From assembly GCA_003427395.1 (NCBI GenBank), contig BFEA01000039.1, positions 3,081,152-3,136,663 of the forward strand: a stretch of 55,512 bases of DNA, written 5' to 3'. The position numbers were made by a program, and so were the translations under genes. The notes beneath the pieces were generated by a model that searched no databases, had not been told where the DNA came from, and saw only the letters and a list, made by a program, of their open reading frames with translations. Shown piece by piece: positions 45,085 through 55,512 of the stretch (the first letter of the stretch is position 1; each line of letters opens with the position of its first letter). The stretch comes from Chara braunii. Its lineage: Eukaryota > Plantae > Charophyceae.

Positions 45085-48000
45085 TCAGACGAAGCGGACA
45101 AGCTTCAGGGTGATGGCCCGTAAAGGTCGCCCACGTCGGCGTTCAATTGTCTTATGTTTCAGTTTGTGATGAGTCATGAGGCTAAGAAGATTCTTCTTGA
45201 CTTTCCTGTTCCTGCTGGTTTTTGGCCTCGGCACGATCCTCTTTTTCTTCTGTCTTTGCCCTGAGGAGGGTGCCGACCCGCCAGTACGTCTAACGCGAAC
45301 TCTCTGTCTAGCCCTCTTGAGCACGAATAACCATTTCTTCTCTCTTCCTAAAGCTAACCCTTTGACCTTTCTTTTCTCTATTATTTTTCTCTTCTTGGAA
45401 TTCTCCCCTGCCTCGAATCGTCTCAAGGGGGCTCCATCCTCCATTTTGGCTTTTCCTTTCCCTTTCGGGATTGTCAGCGATAAGGTGGGTCCAGGTCTGG
45501 GTTTAAACAACTTTAATCTTGCACCCGCCACAGGGTCCTTCCACTTGGATCCGTCTAATTCTGCTATCATATATGCACCACAGTCGAGCGCCTCAACCAC
45601 TCTGTAAGGTCCCATCCATCTATTGGCGAGTTTTCCGGTCCAGGTCCTCTCCAGTGTTGCGCCGTAGAGAAGGACCATATCTCCTACGCTCACCCTCTCT
45701 CTCCTGATCCGCACGCTCTTATCCCATCTCTCTTTACCTTTGTCTCTTTCCACTGTCAGACGATCTGCCGCTGTCATAAGGTTGTCTTCCAAACCGTAGG
45801 CTATTTGTCTTGTTCGGGCAGCTATGAGTTCCTCCCTGGACATCTCCTCCGCCCAGTCGACATTTGTCCAGCTGTTGACGTGAAACTCTATGGGGAGCGC
45901 CCGCTTCCGCGGCGAAAGAATAACCTCCTCTTCATCGATCCGTTGTCCGTCCTTCTCCGCCATCACGTAATCCGTGTCAGTCTTCTTCGATGTAGATCCT
46001 CTCGCCAACTTGGTGGCTGCCACCCTTATGGGTGTGGTCGCCATATCCCCCTCAAAAGTTATCTTGATGCTCTGGCTCCTGACCGACTCCTTTCCTTTAC
46101 TCGGCTTTACTCTCCTTGCTTCGACATTCTCCTTCATCGAAGGGGACATCCATACATCTCTCAGATCATCTGCCCACTTGACGTACTTGCGGTCGTCAAG
46201 CACGACAAGTCCCTCATCTATTGCCCGTTGGAGGTCCGGGCAATCTCTCTTGATATGATCATCTCCTCTACAGTAGACGCAAGAGTTTCTGGGAGTGGGT
46301 GGCCTGTCGTCTGTGCCTCTGAAGGTCGAACCTCTCGCTGCTCTGGGGTCAGGGGACTTCGGATACGGATCAGACGACGCGCCATATCCCCCTCTCTCAT
46401 TCCTGCCGCGTGAATCATTGCGGTGGTCTCCGTGTTCGTATCGCCCGCGTGAATCATCGCGTCGGTTTCCTCGGTCGTATCGCCCGCGTGAATCATCACG
46501 TCGGTCTCCTCGGTCGTACCGCCCGTGTGAATCATCACGTCGGTCTCCTCAGTCGTATTGCCCACGTGAATCATCACGTCGGTCTGCTCGGTCGTACCGC
46601 CCGTGTGAATCATCACGTCGGTCTCCTCGGTCGTATCACCCTCGTGAATCATCGGGTCGATCTCCTCTCTCATATCTATCGCCCCTGTATCCGTCTCGAT
46701 CCGACCTGTCATATCTGTCGTCTCTATGTCCATCGTGGTCCGATCTCTTATATCTGCCGTCCCTATGTCCATCTCGGTCCGATCTCGCATATCTACCATC
46801 CCTGTATCCGTCTCGCCGGCCCTGATCCGACTCCCATCGGCCTCGAGAGTCGCCTCTACCCCCGTCAGGCTCATAGCGAGGGCTACGCGAAAAATCATCC
46901 AGCCTCCTGGCTCGCCCATACGTCTCGCGAGCTCTGCGGTCCTGGTCTATCTCATCATCCCTACGTCGCCATGGCTCGTCGTCTCTCTCCCTCTCCGTCG
47001 CACGATAATCAGTCAGCGTTCGAGGATTTCTATCCTCGACACTCCTCCAGGAATCAGTGTTCCTCTGGTCCCAGCGAAGTGAATAGGGTCCTCCGGGCTT
47101 GTCCCGGTATGTCGTGGCTCTTGTGGTGGTCACAATCTTTGTAACTTGTCTTGTCAATCCCTTTACCATGTCCCTTATCTCCTTCACTTCCTCGGCGACG
47201 GCTTCATTTTTCTCCGACCAGGGATAGTCCTTGAAATCAGGACATCTATCAGTGGCATACTTCTTGTAGAAAGAGAAGTCAAGTCTCCTCATCCCTCTCT
47301 ACACCAAGTCCTTGTAGTCGTCTGCCTCTGCCTTTATTGCAAGCTTTAGGACTTCTGGGAAGTCAAGCTTGTCGCGCGAAAGATTTCTAAGTATACTTTT
47401 TTGTCTTCCCTTGGACAGGTGTCCGATGAAGATAGTACAGCGCTTGGCCTCTGAGATCTTCCCCTTTTTCATCAGCACATCGGAGATCTTCTGGAAACGC
47501 ATCCCAAATGCCCGTACGCTCTCATCTTCATCTTGAGTAATTGTCTCAAGGTCCTTGATGGAGTACTTGTTATCCTCCAATTTGTAAAGCTCAACGAGAT
47601 TCTTTTTATACGTAGTCCATTTTTCATCCTTCGGTCGAGCTTCCTTAACTTCCTTACCGAGACTTGGGTCCATATTAAATACGAAGTTCTCTATAATCTC
47701 TTCCTCCGACCACTGACTCCGGCTAGCGTGAAGCTCTCACTTCTCCAGATATTCTGTAATGCCATAGCCCCTGAAAGTAGGAGGCTCTGAGGCCTTATGC
47801 GTAATAATATAGCGATCCTTGCTCTCGTAAGGGAGTGGGTGTGATTCCCCCGTTTGGGGGTTGAAGACACGCCGCGGCGGTGCTCTATCTCTATCTTTGT
47901 CCCTCCAATAGGAGTCCCTCGAACTCTTTCGCCAGTCGTCCCTGTGCTTATCCGCCATGGTTTCCCTCCGCTCATACTCGGGGGAGCGTCGTCTCGTCGC

Positions 48001-48255
48001 TTCTCGTCGGCCGCTCGAGGTTGCTGTCTTCAGAGCCTCCTGCGGTTCTGTCACGACCGGCTCGCCCATTACGTCGGGCTCTCTGTCGTTGGTTTGGTCA
48101 GCCCATCTCAACGGTGCTTCCCGCCTAATTCGTTCCTTCAGATCCCTCAGAGCTCTGTCGGGCGATGTCATGTACTCCTCCCCCACTTCACCCGTGGTTG
48201 GTTGTGGCCCCATCGCGTCTGGTTCCATAGGACACTTGAAGACGGAGTTGGGCAC
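45085..48255 (-). pseudogene. gag: E2 Gag fused in frame to integrase C-terminus (PR, RT, RH and INT core deleted)
   Basis: ORFs 47737-48255, 47299-47673, 46636-47292 and 45085-46203 share one frame with about four internal stops. CVYCRGDDHIKRDC at ~46240-46281; SPRKR|ALPIEF junction at ~45900; KLANRWMGPYRVVE GPY motif. Confidence 0.87.
46410..46810 (-). repeat. Coding tandem repeats in E2 gag (39 bp units RYDRGDRRDDSRG, then 30 bp units DRYDRSDRDG)
   Basis: cgcccgygtgaatcatcacgtcggtctcctcggtcgta is repeated about six times. Confidence 0.92.
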
Positions 48256-48341
48256 TCTCGCCAGGTGTTACAGCCCGGACCTATGACAGTTGCTGCAGCC
48301 CGGACCAGTTTCCTTGTCACGGTTCACCTTCATCACCAACC

Positions 48342-49260
48342 CTAGCTCTCGGCTGCCCTGATCACCACCACCAGTACTCGGTTCCGGTCGCGGATCTCGT
48401 GCTCTCCTTCTACCCCAAGAATCCCTGTGTCTAGGTAAACCTCTCTTTTGGGATCGGTCAACAAGGCCGCGCCTCTCCGGATCTGCAGTACACCCGTGAT
48501 AGGATCTCTACTCCTGTGGCAGATCGCGGTCCCAAGCCTAATCAGTGTCTCCTGATCAGCACCCCTCAAGAGCCTCCGAGCGTCTATCTCTGTCCTCCTT
48601 GCTAGGTCTCCCAGCCCGTCCTGAATCGGGCAGCTCTCTAAAGGAGGAAGCTCCCCTCCTACTGCCATCCAAAATCGTTCATCGACCTTTCTAGCTTCCA
48701 CTATCCTTCCAAGAGCTTTCAATCTCTATTTCATCTCTTTTAACTCCCAGACGGCTATGAGGTCATATGTCTAGCACCTAAGGTAAGTCGGTGCTATAAC
48801 CACTCGTAACCTCATCGCCGACAGCTCGAATATGTCATAGAATGTCTCAAAATCCTCCTCATCTCCACTATCCTCTATGGCATCTAAAGTCTTTATCGAT
48901 TCCCTCCAGTACCGATCGTGAGCGGCTAGCACCCTGAGTATCGCACCGTCTGTTACAACTCTCCCTAACTCTCCAGCTTTCTTGGCTTCGCTTATCTTCA
49001 ACCTCTCAGCCTCTCTGGTCGTCTTGTACCATGCCCTTATCCGAGACTGCCCTTCGAAAGATGTCACTCGGAGTACATATTTTATCCTTCGTCCTCCTTC
49101 TATTCCAATCCAAAGTTTTGTCCCCCTTGCCTCACGCAGCGCACGGCGGACACACTCTGCCTCCTCAACTATGCACAGTCTGGTATGGAGCTGGAGCTCT
49201 ACGATCACTAACACCAACGGTCCGTCCCCCTCATGTCCTATCGCTACCTCCCTGCGTTAC
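48342..49260 (-). pseudogene. E2 accessory ORF ('DGP' protein)
   Basis: 48771-49217 and 48342-48722 share a frame across premature stops; GDGPLVLVIV motif; same position before gag as E1 35200-36540. Confidence 0.6.
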
Positions 49261-49290
49261 CTTGTCCTCCGTTGTCTCGCCCTCTGCAGA

Positions 49291-49551
49291 TCACTCCCTA
49301 GTTCCTTCACGTGATACACTTCTAGCCTTTACCCTCTCCAGAAAGTCTGATCTCCACGCCTGGATAATCTCTCTTTCATCCCTAAACAGACTCTCTAGCT
49401 TTCTCGTCACGAGCTCAGCCCTACGCAACTTGCCCTCATCCTGGCACGACCAGATCTCCCTTAACTTGTTCCCCAACTCCTTTACCCGGTTCAAGAGTGA
49501 CTCTTTAATGCGCTCTCTCACTCTTTCGACTGCCTCACTCTCCTCTTCCAT
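49291..49551 (-). CDS. E2 small coiled-coil-like accessory ORF (86 aa)
   Basis: E/R/K-rich helical sequence; ATG lies 2 nt after an upstream TGA; same position as E1 36537-36737. Confidence 0.55.
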   Translation of the reverse strand: MEEESEAVERVRERIKESLLNRVKELGNKLREIWSCQDEGKLRRAELVTRKLESLFRDEREIIQAWRSDFLERVKARSVSREGTRE

Positions 49552-49553
49552 AC

Positions 49554-50613
49554 TCAGTCCTCATCTCTTTCCAGTTCATCCTCTCACCCTCGCTCTAGCC
49601 TCCGCTATCGTCTCGTCGTGGAAGTGCTCCGCGTGCATATAACCATGTGACCATATCATCACCTCATAGGAAATCGAGGTCTGGAAGGTCACTCGCGCCA
49701 GTACATCAGCTTTATGCTCGTGGATCAATTTCTGGCTCGTTGTCTGCACTCCCTCGCTGTCAAATCCTCATCTATGTATGCTCGAAGGAGTACTGTCACA
49801 GTGTACCCTGTGCTTACCAGTTGCTCTCCTACGCGCATCTTTGTGGTAGTCCTCCCCGGCATTCCCTACGCTTCGACCTCGAAGAGAGACCTCACGTCCT
49901 CTAGCCCCACGTAATCGATCGCCGTGCAGTACCTAATCAGATCGACTGGCCTCAGACAGTCCACCTAGCTAGTAACGACTATGATGTCGTCAAGCGTCTC
50001 TCTACTGGGCGGTCCCCACCTCACACAAATGGCGTAGTATACTTCCCTGAAACGGGGCGCTGAGCCCTCCCAGAGCGCGTAAAGTGTGTGGTCCACTGCT
50101 CTACTCAAACGTTCTACACTCCTATAGGTCTGCCCTATCACGAAGGCAGGAAGTCCGAATCGCCAATCCTCTCTCGGGTGGAGGGTCGGATGCGGGGGAC
50201 CGTATACCAAGCGGCTCCAACACGTCCTCCCTCCAGAGAGTCTCGCCAGTTGTTGATTAGCGATCACCTCTGGCCAACGACTCGCTTCTCCACCAAGCCC
50301 TGCTTGCCCCTGCGAGCGTCAGTCCTACCTCTAAATCATGTGCTCTATCCGCTATTAGATGTCCGACCCCTTCTAGGTCATGAGTCCTCTCGGGTCGTTC
50401 ATCTCTCAGTATCACTGTCCAAAGGAAGAGTCCCTCTGCGAGCCACGTTCCCAGGTATCGTATCGGAACACGCCCTGTCCCCTCTAACGCCACAGGAAGA
50501 GGAATGTCGTATCCAACCGCCGCCTCTCTGGGTCTCATAAGCTTCCTCACACTATAGGATTCGGACTCTCGGGAGAAAACATAAGCTAACCAGGCTACTA
50601 AGTCACTCCTCAT
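49554..50613 (-). pseudogene. E2 accessory family A copy 3 (frameshifted)
   Basis: AEGLFLWTV..EGVGHLI (50257-50613) and HPREDWRFGLPAFVI..EVYYAIC (49965-50267); acidic end EDELERDED*. Confidence 0.6.
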
Positions 50614-50685
50614 CTCCCCTCCGACTCTCGATCAGCATCACTCTACTCCCTCCGACGCACCCTATTTCTCGACGTTGCTAACTCC

Positions 50686-50978
50686 TCAGACAACTCTCCC
50701 ACTCAGGTCCAGTATGGTCGAGTAGGTGCTGTGCGCTCTCCCGTCTGCTCCATGGAAGTAGATAGTAAACTCGACGTACCTCTGGCTCCTCCGTATCTCC
50801 AGGGCATGTTTCGTCATGAGTCTGATCTGTCGCTCAACAATGTCCAACGCCTCTCCTTCCCGGCCTCCCGTCCTATCTCGTCTTAGGGAAAGAGTCACCC
50901 TCAGTATATCCCGGTCTGCAATCCTCTCCAGTACGCTCTTCTCTAAACCTCACTCGGATATGTCCTGCCTCTAGTCAT
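50686..50978 (-). pseudogene. E2 small accessory ORF, unknown function
   Basis: ORF 50686-50898 plus an ATG at 50978, 2 nt after the upstream TGA; joining them requires a frameshift. Confidence 0.4.
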
Positions 50979-50980
50979 CT

Positions 50981-52099
50981 TCATGCATCTGGCATATCCT
51001 CGTATGTGTCCTCATCTACCCTCAGGCCCCACGGGATATCCTCCTGTCCCTCGGCCTGAAGTAAATGTTCCCAGCCGTCCTCCTGCAGCGCCCCTCCACC
51101 TACCTGCTCCTGTCCCTCGGCCTGCGCCAGATCTCCCCAGCCCTCGTCCTGGTCGCCCCAAGGGTCTATGTCATCGAAGTCCTCCCAATCCTGATCCTCA
51201 GCGTACCACGCAAGATCGTCTGCCTCTGGATATATCTCCCGGTAATACTCCTCAATCTCCCCGGTCAAGACGAGATGGTCCGGCCTCTCCTCACGAGTCT
51301 CGGCTAACAGCTGTCCTACTCTAGCTAAATGATTTGTAGGCCTCTGAGCCTCTCTCTCTAGTGCCGTCCAGAAGGCTAGGGGCTGGTACAGAGAGTATAG
51401 GTCAGGGCTCCCGATAGGTACAATGACCCGCAGGAACTCAATCAGCTGGAGTCCTCGCTCGCCTACAAGCGGCCCTGCTACAAACTGAGCATACAACACC
51501 CAATCCCTGTCAGTGTACCCTCGGCAGAGGCCGTCCAAGTCAAGAGCCGCAAAGTAGATCTCACCCAGACGCCTAAGTCCCCAAAGCTCCTCTGCCACGA
51601 AGCATGGAAGTGTCACACGCAGTCAACTGCTAGGATATGGGAAGTGTCCTTCAATCCTGAAGGTCGTCGTCACTCTCCGAACACCCCCGTGCAGCCGCTC
51701 TACCTCACCCCGCGCGGAGTCCGTTCGAGTCAGTAAGATCCTCCTCGCGGTCTGCTCCTCTCGCCAATGATCGTGCACGATGCCGTGAAAATAGACCTTG
51801 CCTAGCACCTCTTGCGAGTAGTAAATGTGGCCCACCACCTCTATGCTAGTCGTGCCTGGTCGTCGCCACCTCTGACTGTCTAGCTCAAACGTCTCGATGA
51901 CATACGTCCACAAGTGTACGTCTGGACCCAACTCCGTCGATGACCATCGACTCTCTATCGCATCGGTGGAAACCCCTCTGGCCGGCAGATCCAGCGCCAC
52001 CCTGCCTGGCGCTACTGTCTGTGGAGGTCTAGAACATTTAGCGTCGTCAATCTGAAGCTCCACTCCACTGACATGCTCTACCATCGATCTGCTCTCCAC
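50981..52099 (-). pseudogene. E2 accessory family A copy 2 with acidic W/D/E tail (one internal TGA at 51623)
   Basis: GPDVHLWTY..VVGHIYY..GHFPYPSS*LRVTLPCFVAE..EIYFAA..LQLIEFLR..EYYREI. Confidence 0.75.
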
Positions 52100-52160
52100 T
52101 ATCGGCCGATATCATCAGCTAAGCTCACTCAACCGCCGCCCTAATGTGCTCCTCTGCCTC

Positions 52161-53177
52161 CTACGCCTGGAGTGCTACTCCTATCCTGGGGAAGTGGGCG
52201 TCCATAACGTCGATCTCCTCCTCGTCAACCTCACTCTCTGGGTCGACCCAGTCTGGCTCCCAGGCGTCCTCGTCGTCCTCTCGCTCCCAACCCTCGTCGT
52301 CAAACTCGTCCTCGACGCGGTATGGCGCCTGTCCTATAGCCTGGTAGTANTCCGCCAACTGATGGCCGTATATCAGAGGTCGCCCGACGTCCTCACTCCA
52401 CCAGCTCCCCCAGTCGTCTGAGAAGAGCCGCCCGATGCAGGTCACGTACTCGGGGTCTGCTCGGAGCTCGCGGTCTAGCCAATCCCAAACGCACGGAGAC
52501 TGGGGCCACTTGTCGTCTATCGAACGGATCAGCTCTATAAGTTGAACCCTCTCGTCACCCCAACGAGATCCACCGGTCGCGAGCGCATAATAGATGTAGT
52601 CGAGGTCGTCAGGTCTTCTCGCCAGGATCTTGAGATCCTGATAGGCTAGGTATACCTCGACCACTCCACCAATACCTCCAAAGACGCTCTCTACTACGAA
52701 CGTCGGAAATTTCGCCCGCAGACTCCTAGCACTCTACGGAAAAAAACCGTCCCATGCTACCACCAGCTCGCCCGTGATATCAAGAGGAGGGCGTCCGTGA
52801 AATAGGGTCAACGGGTCGCTCGAGTCCTCCGCTCGGAAGGCAGCTACCTCGTCCCTCAGGTAGCGTAACGCCCTGCTAATCGCGCCACTAGTCCCTGTTG
52901 TCGCGAGGCCCACCACGGCCTCCCTGACCGCGCCCGGTCCTAAGTACAAGTAGGCTCTCACTACGCCCACTCCTTGCCCAGGCCGGTGCTCTCTGTGCGT
53001 CCAAAGCCACACGTCCTCGGACAAGATTATGGACCTCCACGCAAACTAGCCGTCAACATATCGAACGCTGCGCCCGGGGATCGTGAGCTCCACCAGATCC
53101 CCTTCTATGAGTTCAAGGGGCTCCGAGTCCCAGTCGATGGTGGCCTCATAGACCTCTACTTGCGCTCGCGGCCACAT
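52161..53177 (-). pseudogene. E2 accessory family A copy 1 with acidic tail (two internal TAG)
   Basis: ORFs 53046-53243, 52734-53024 and 52161-52664 share a frame: SEDVWLWTH..VVRAYLYL..GFFP*SARSLRAKFPTFVVE..EVYLAY..VQLIELIR..YYQAI. Confidence 0.75.
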
Positions 53178-54266
53178 CCAACTGGCGACTAGAGAGAACG
53201 CAACAAGAGGGATAGGTAGAGATAGTAGAAGAAGGTTTGTCAATTGTAAGGAAATTTCGGCAGCGCTTCGCCTCCCTTCGTAAGGAGCCCCGATATCACG
53301 CTGTCGATCTATCTCCTAACTATTCAAAGGTCCCCTATGGTGCTACGGGGCGAAGTCCCAGCTCTAAACAAGGCAACATGCCCTATAGCCGAGTTCCCTC
53401 GAATAGAAGGCGTGTGCTCTGTTCGAGGGAACACCGCCTCCGACTGCTCCGGTCACCCCTCAGGAGTACAAACGTCCTCCCCTATCTAAGAAACAGAATT
53501 AAAAGGTTGTGACCTTCTTTTCTCTATTTTTTTTTTTAAGCTATTTTAATATTTTAAGGGAATTTTAATGAATTTAAATAAATAAAAATTATTTTTATCT
53601 TATAGAAACCCACTGGCCCTCGACTACTGCCTAGAGGCATGCAAAGCTCCCCTAGAGAGTAGTGCGGCAAATGCGTTTCTCTTTCCACCAATATATATTT
53701 TTTTAAATTCTAATTAATTTACAATAATTACATTTACATAAGATACGACCCCTTTCTTATTTTACATACACTTTTATCCCTTGTGCATGTCTTTGCCCGA
53801 CCTCAAGGGGTCCCCGAAAATTTTGGCAGCACTTCGCCTCCCCCGGTGGGGATGGGGTGTGGCCGAAGGCCTCAAAATAGTCGCCGAAGGAGTATAGGAT
53901 AAGGGGAAAAAAATATCAGAAGAAAATTTTAATTTTTAATCAATTTTTTAGTATTTTTTTTAATTATTTCCTAATTAATTTGAAATATTTTATAAATTTT
54001 CTCAAAAATTGGGCAGCATTTTCCCTCCCCCCGTGGGGATGGGGTTCGGGGCTTCCGCCCCTAGCTCAACAACCCGAAAGGAAAAACATCATAATTTAAA
54101 AATAAAACAAAATTTAATTAATCCTTTTTCGTTATTTTTAATATTTTCTTTAATTTAATTTTTCAAAAAGGAAAAGACCGAAGAATTAAAAAGGCAAAAT
54201 ATTCCCCGTATATTATCCTTCCTCTTCGAGGTTGTTATCCGCCCCAAAACCCTGGATAAGACTTCC

Positions 54267-54310
54267 CCTAATTAGGGTTTTCCCTAATTAGGGTTTATCT
54301 ACTAGGGTTT
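54267..54310 (-). promoter_or_regulatory. Cluster of three telo-box motifs (AAACCCTA) in the E2 leader
   Basis: ccctaattagggttt twice, then tagggttt. Confidence 0.5.
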
Positions 54311-54942
54311 TGGGGGCTTCGCACGCAACTGCACGCTATCTTCCAAAACTCGTTCAGTCCCAAAATTTTCCCGTCAACTTTACTCAAAATTTGCAAAAAC
54401 TTAGACGGAACATTTTTTATTAATCCCTTTTATGGTATTTTACACACAAATTTTTAAAAACTAAATATTTAATTTTTGTTTTACTTTTTTTTTCTTTGCT
54501 GTTACTTACTGTTCTTGCCTCTAACCACCTCCGTTTGCTCCGTCCAAGGTATCAAAACGACGGGAAAAATAAACTGAGCAGATTTGGTACAAGGAGTTAT
54601 CTCAAGAAAATGTACCAATTTCCCGCAAAAAATAAAAAACAAAAATTGGAAATTTCGAATTAATAATTTGATTTTCAAAAAAAAAAATCGTTATCTCGAA
54701 GTCTGACCGTTAGATTTCAGCAAGAAACGTCTCATAACGTTCCCCTCGTCAAGACGTCAAACTTTAGCCTGTGCGTTCTTCGCGAGAAAATGCGCGGATT
54801 ATGAGATATCTAAAAAACACTAATTCAAAAAATAATCAAAAACAGAACTAATCAAGAAAACGAACTAATTAGTGCATGGACCAATCAACCCAGGCACCCC
54901 CGTTATTTGGGGAAGGCCGCGGCCTTGGGGGTGTTGCTCCCC

Positions 54943-54960
54943 TCCCTAACAACGACGCCA
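54943..54960 (-). promoter_or_regulatory. E2 primer binding site, tRNA-Asp-like
   Basis: Minus strand TGGCGTCGTTGTTAGGGA, 4 nt inside the 5' LTR; 14/18 match (all differences transitions) to TGGCGCCGTTGCCGGGGA, the complement of the plant tRNA-Asp 3' end used by Athila-type elements. Confidence 0.8.
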
Positions 54961-54964
54961 AAGT

Positions 54965-55512
54965 TGTGAGGAAACCCGGGGAGGGGTACCTGCTGTTCGC
55001 TGAAGCCAGGAGGTACAAGGCCTGTCACTTCATTGCCCCCACTTCAGAGATCCTCAGTGGCCAGCAGGAACTTTTAGAAGCAGCAGACTCCCTACAGAGC
55101 TTAGTTTGCTGCCCTGGTCATGATCGAGAATTTCAGAGAGTTCTAATAGCAAAATTTGGATACCTCTCAGTTCAAAGCCCACAACGAGGAAAACCATGAA
55201 CATGCGTTAGTACATTAATCATGCTCTGTTCTTGCATTCGATCTCTCTGTCTCCTCTCACGATACCATGTTCGTGAGCAGCCCTCCACCAATAGTCCTTC
55301 AGCATGTAGTAAGGTAGAGATCTTTTTACTTCGTACGTTACCCGAATTCAACTTGACGATTCTCCTCTCGACTCAACTTACAAAGGCAGGGGGGGTTGAT
55401 AGAAAAAGAAATGTACATTCACTCTCAGTCCTTCGTTTGCCCGGACTCCAGCCTATACAGGGAGCGAGGGGATGTAATGCAGAATGCCGCTCAGGTCTGG
55501 TTTCGGGCTCAC
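54965..55512 (-). repeat. E2 5' LTR (3' portion; continues past the window)
   Basis: ~97% identical to 40671-41218 and adjacent to the PBS. Confidence 0.93.

Larger units (their letters stand above)
40671..55512 (-). mobile_element. Non-autonomous Ty3/gypsy element E2 nested in E1 (extends beyond the window)
   Basis: Paired LTR segments, PBS, gag CCHC and integrase C-terminus are present; no PR, RT, RH or integrase core. Confidence 0.9.

Noticed and set aside
35200-53177. env-like gene
   Set aside because: No convincing signal peptide or transmembrane segment in the accessory ORFs, and they lie upstream of gag.
33096-53512. Numerous plus-strand ORFs opposite gag, pol and the accessory genes
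   Set aside because: They are S/P/L-rich shadow frames of purine-rich minus-strand coding sequence with no recognisable motifs.
54876-55199. 107 aa ORF as a gene
   Set aside because: It straddles the PBS and LTR boundary, and the other LTR copy has a stop in this frame.

Overview
Eukaryotic, transposon-dense DNA with no recognisable host gene and no RNA gene. A tRNA-Asp-like primer site, telo-boxes and very large Ty3/gypsy elements suggest a plant or streptophyte alga such as a Chara-like genome (inference only). Left to right: (1) a decayed DDD-type DNA transposase (3.1-4.8 kb) bracketed by arrays of a TTATAGnnCTATAA palindrome; (2) two diverged copies of a ~4.5 kb unit in inverted orientation (6.7-11.1 and 19.2-23.7 kb), each with a repeat-spacer array whose repeat core differs between copies, followed by a small conserved ORF; (3) MITE and foldback hairpins; (4) an L1-type zf-RVT fragment; (5) minus-strand Ty3/gypsy element E1 (30.7-40.7 kb; gag-PR-RT, truncated in RNase H); (6) a second minus-strand gypsy element E2 (40671 to beyond the window) nested in E1, with ~97% identical LTR segments, a PBS, and gag fused in frame to the integrase C-terminus. 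The main result is that E1 and E2 both carry a ~5 kb co-oriented, operon-like cassette of unknown accessory genes upstream of gag. These include a tandemly expanded family A (4 copies in E1, 3 in E2) and family B (3 copies in E1), and several genes are joined by ATGA stop/start overlaps or 2-5 nt gaps. All alignments were done by eye; no database searches were run.
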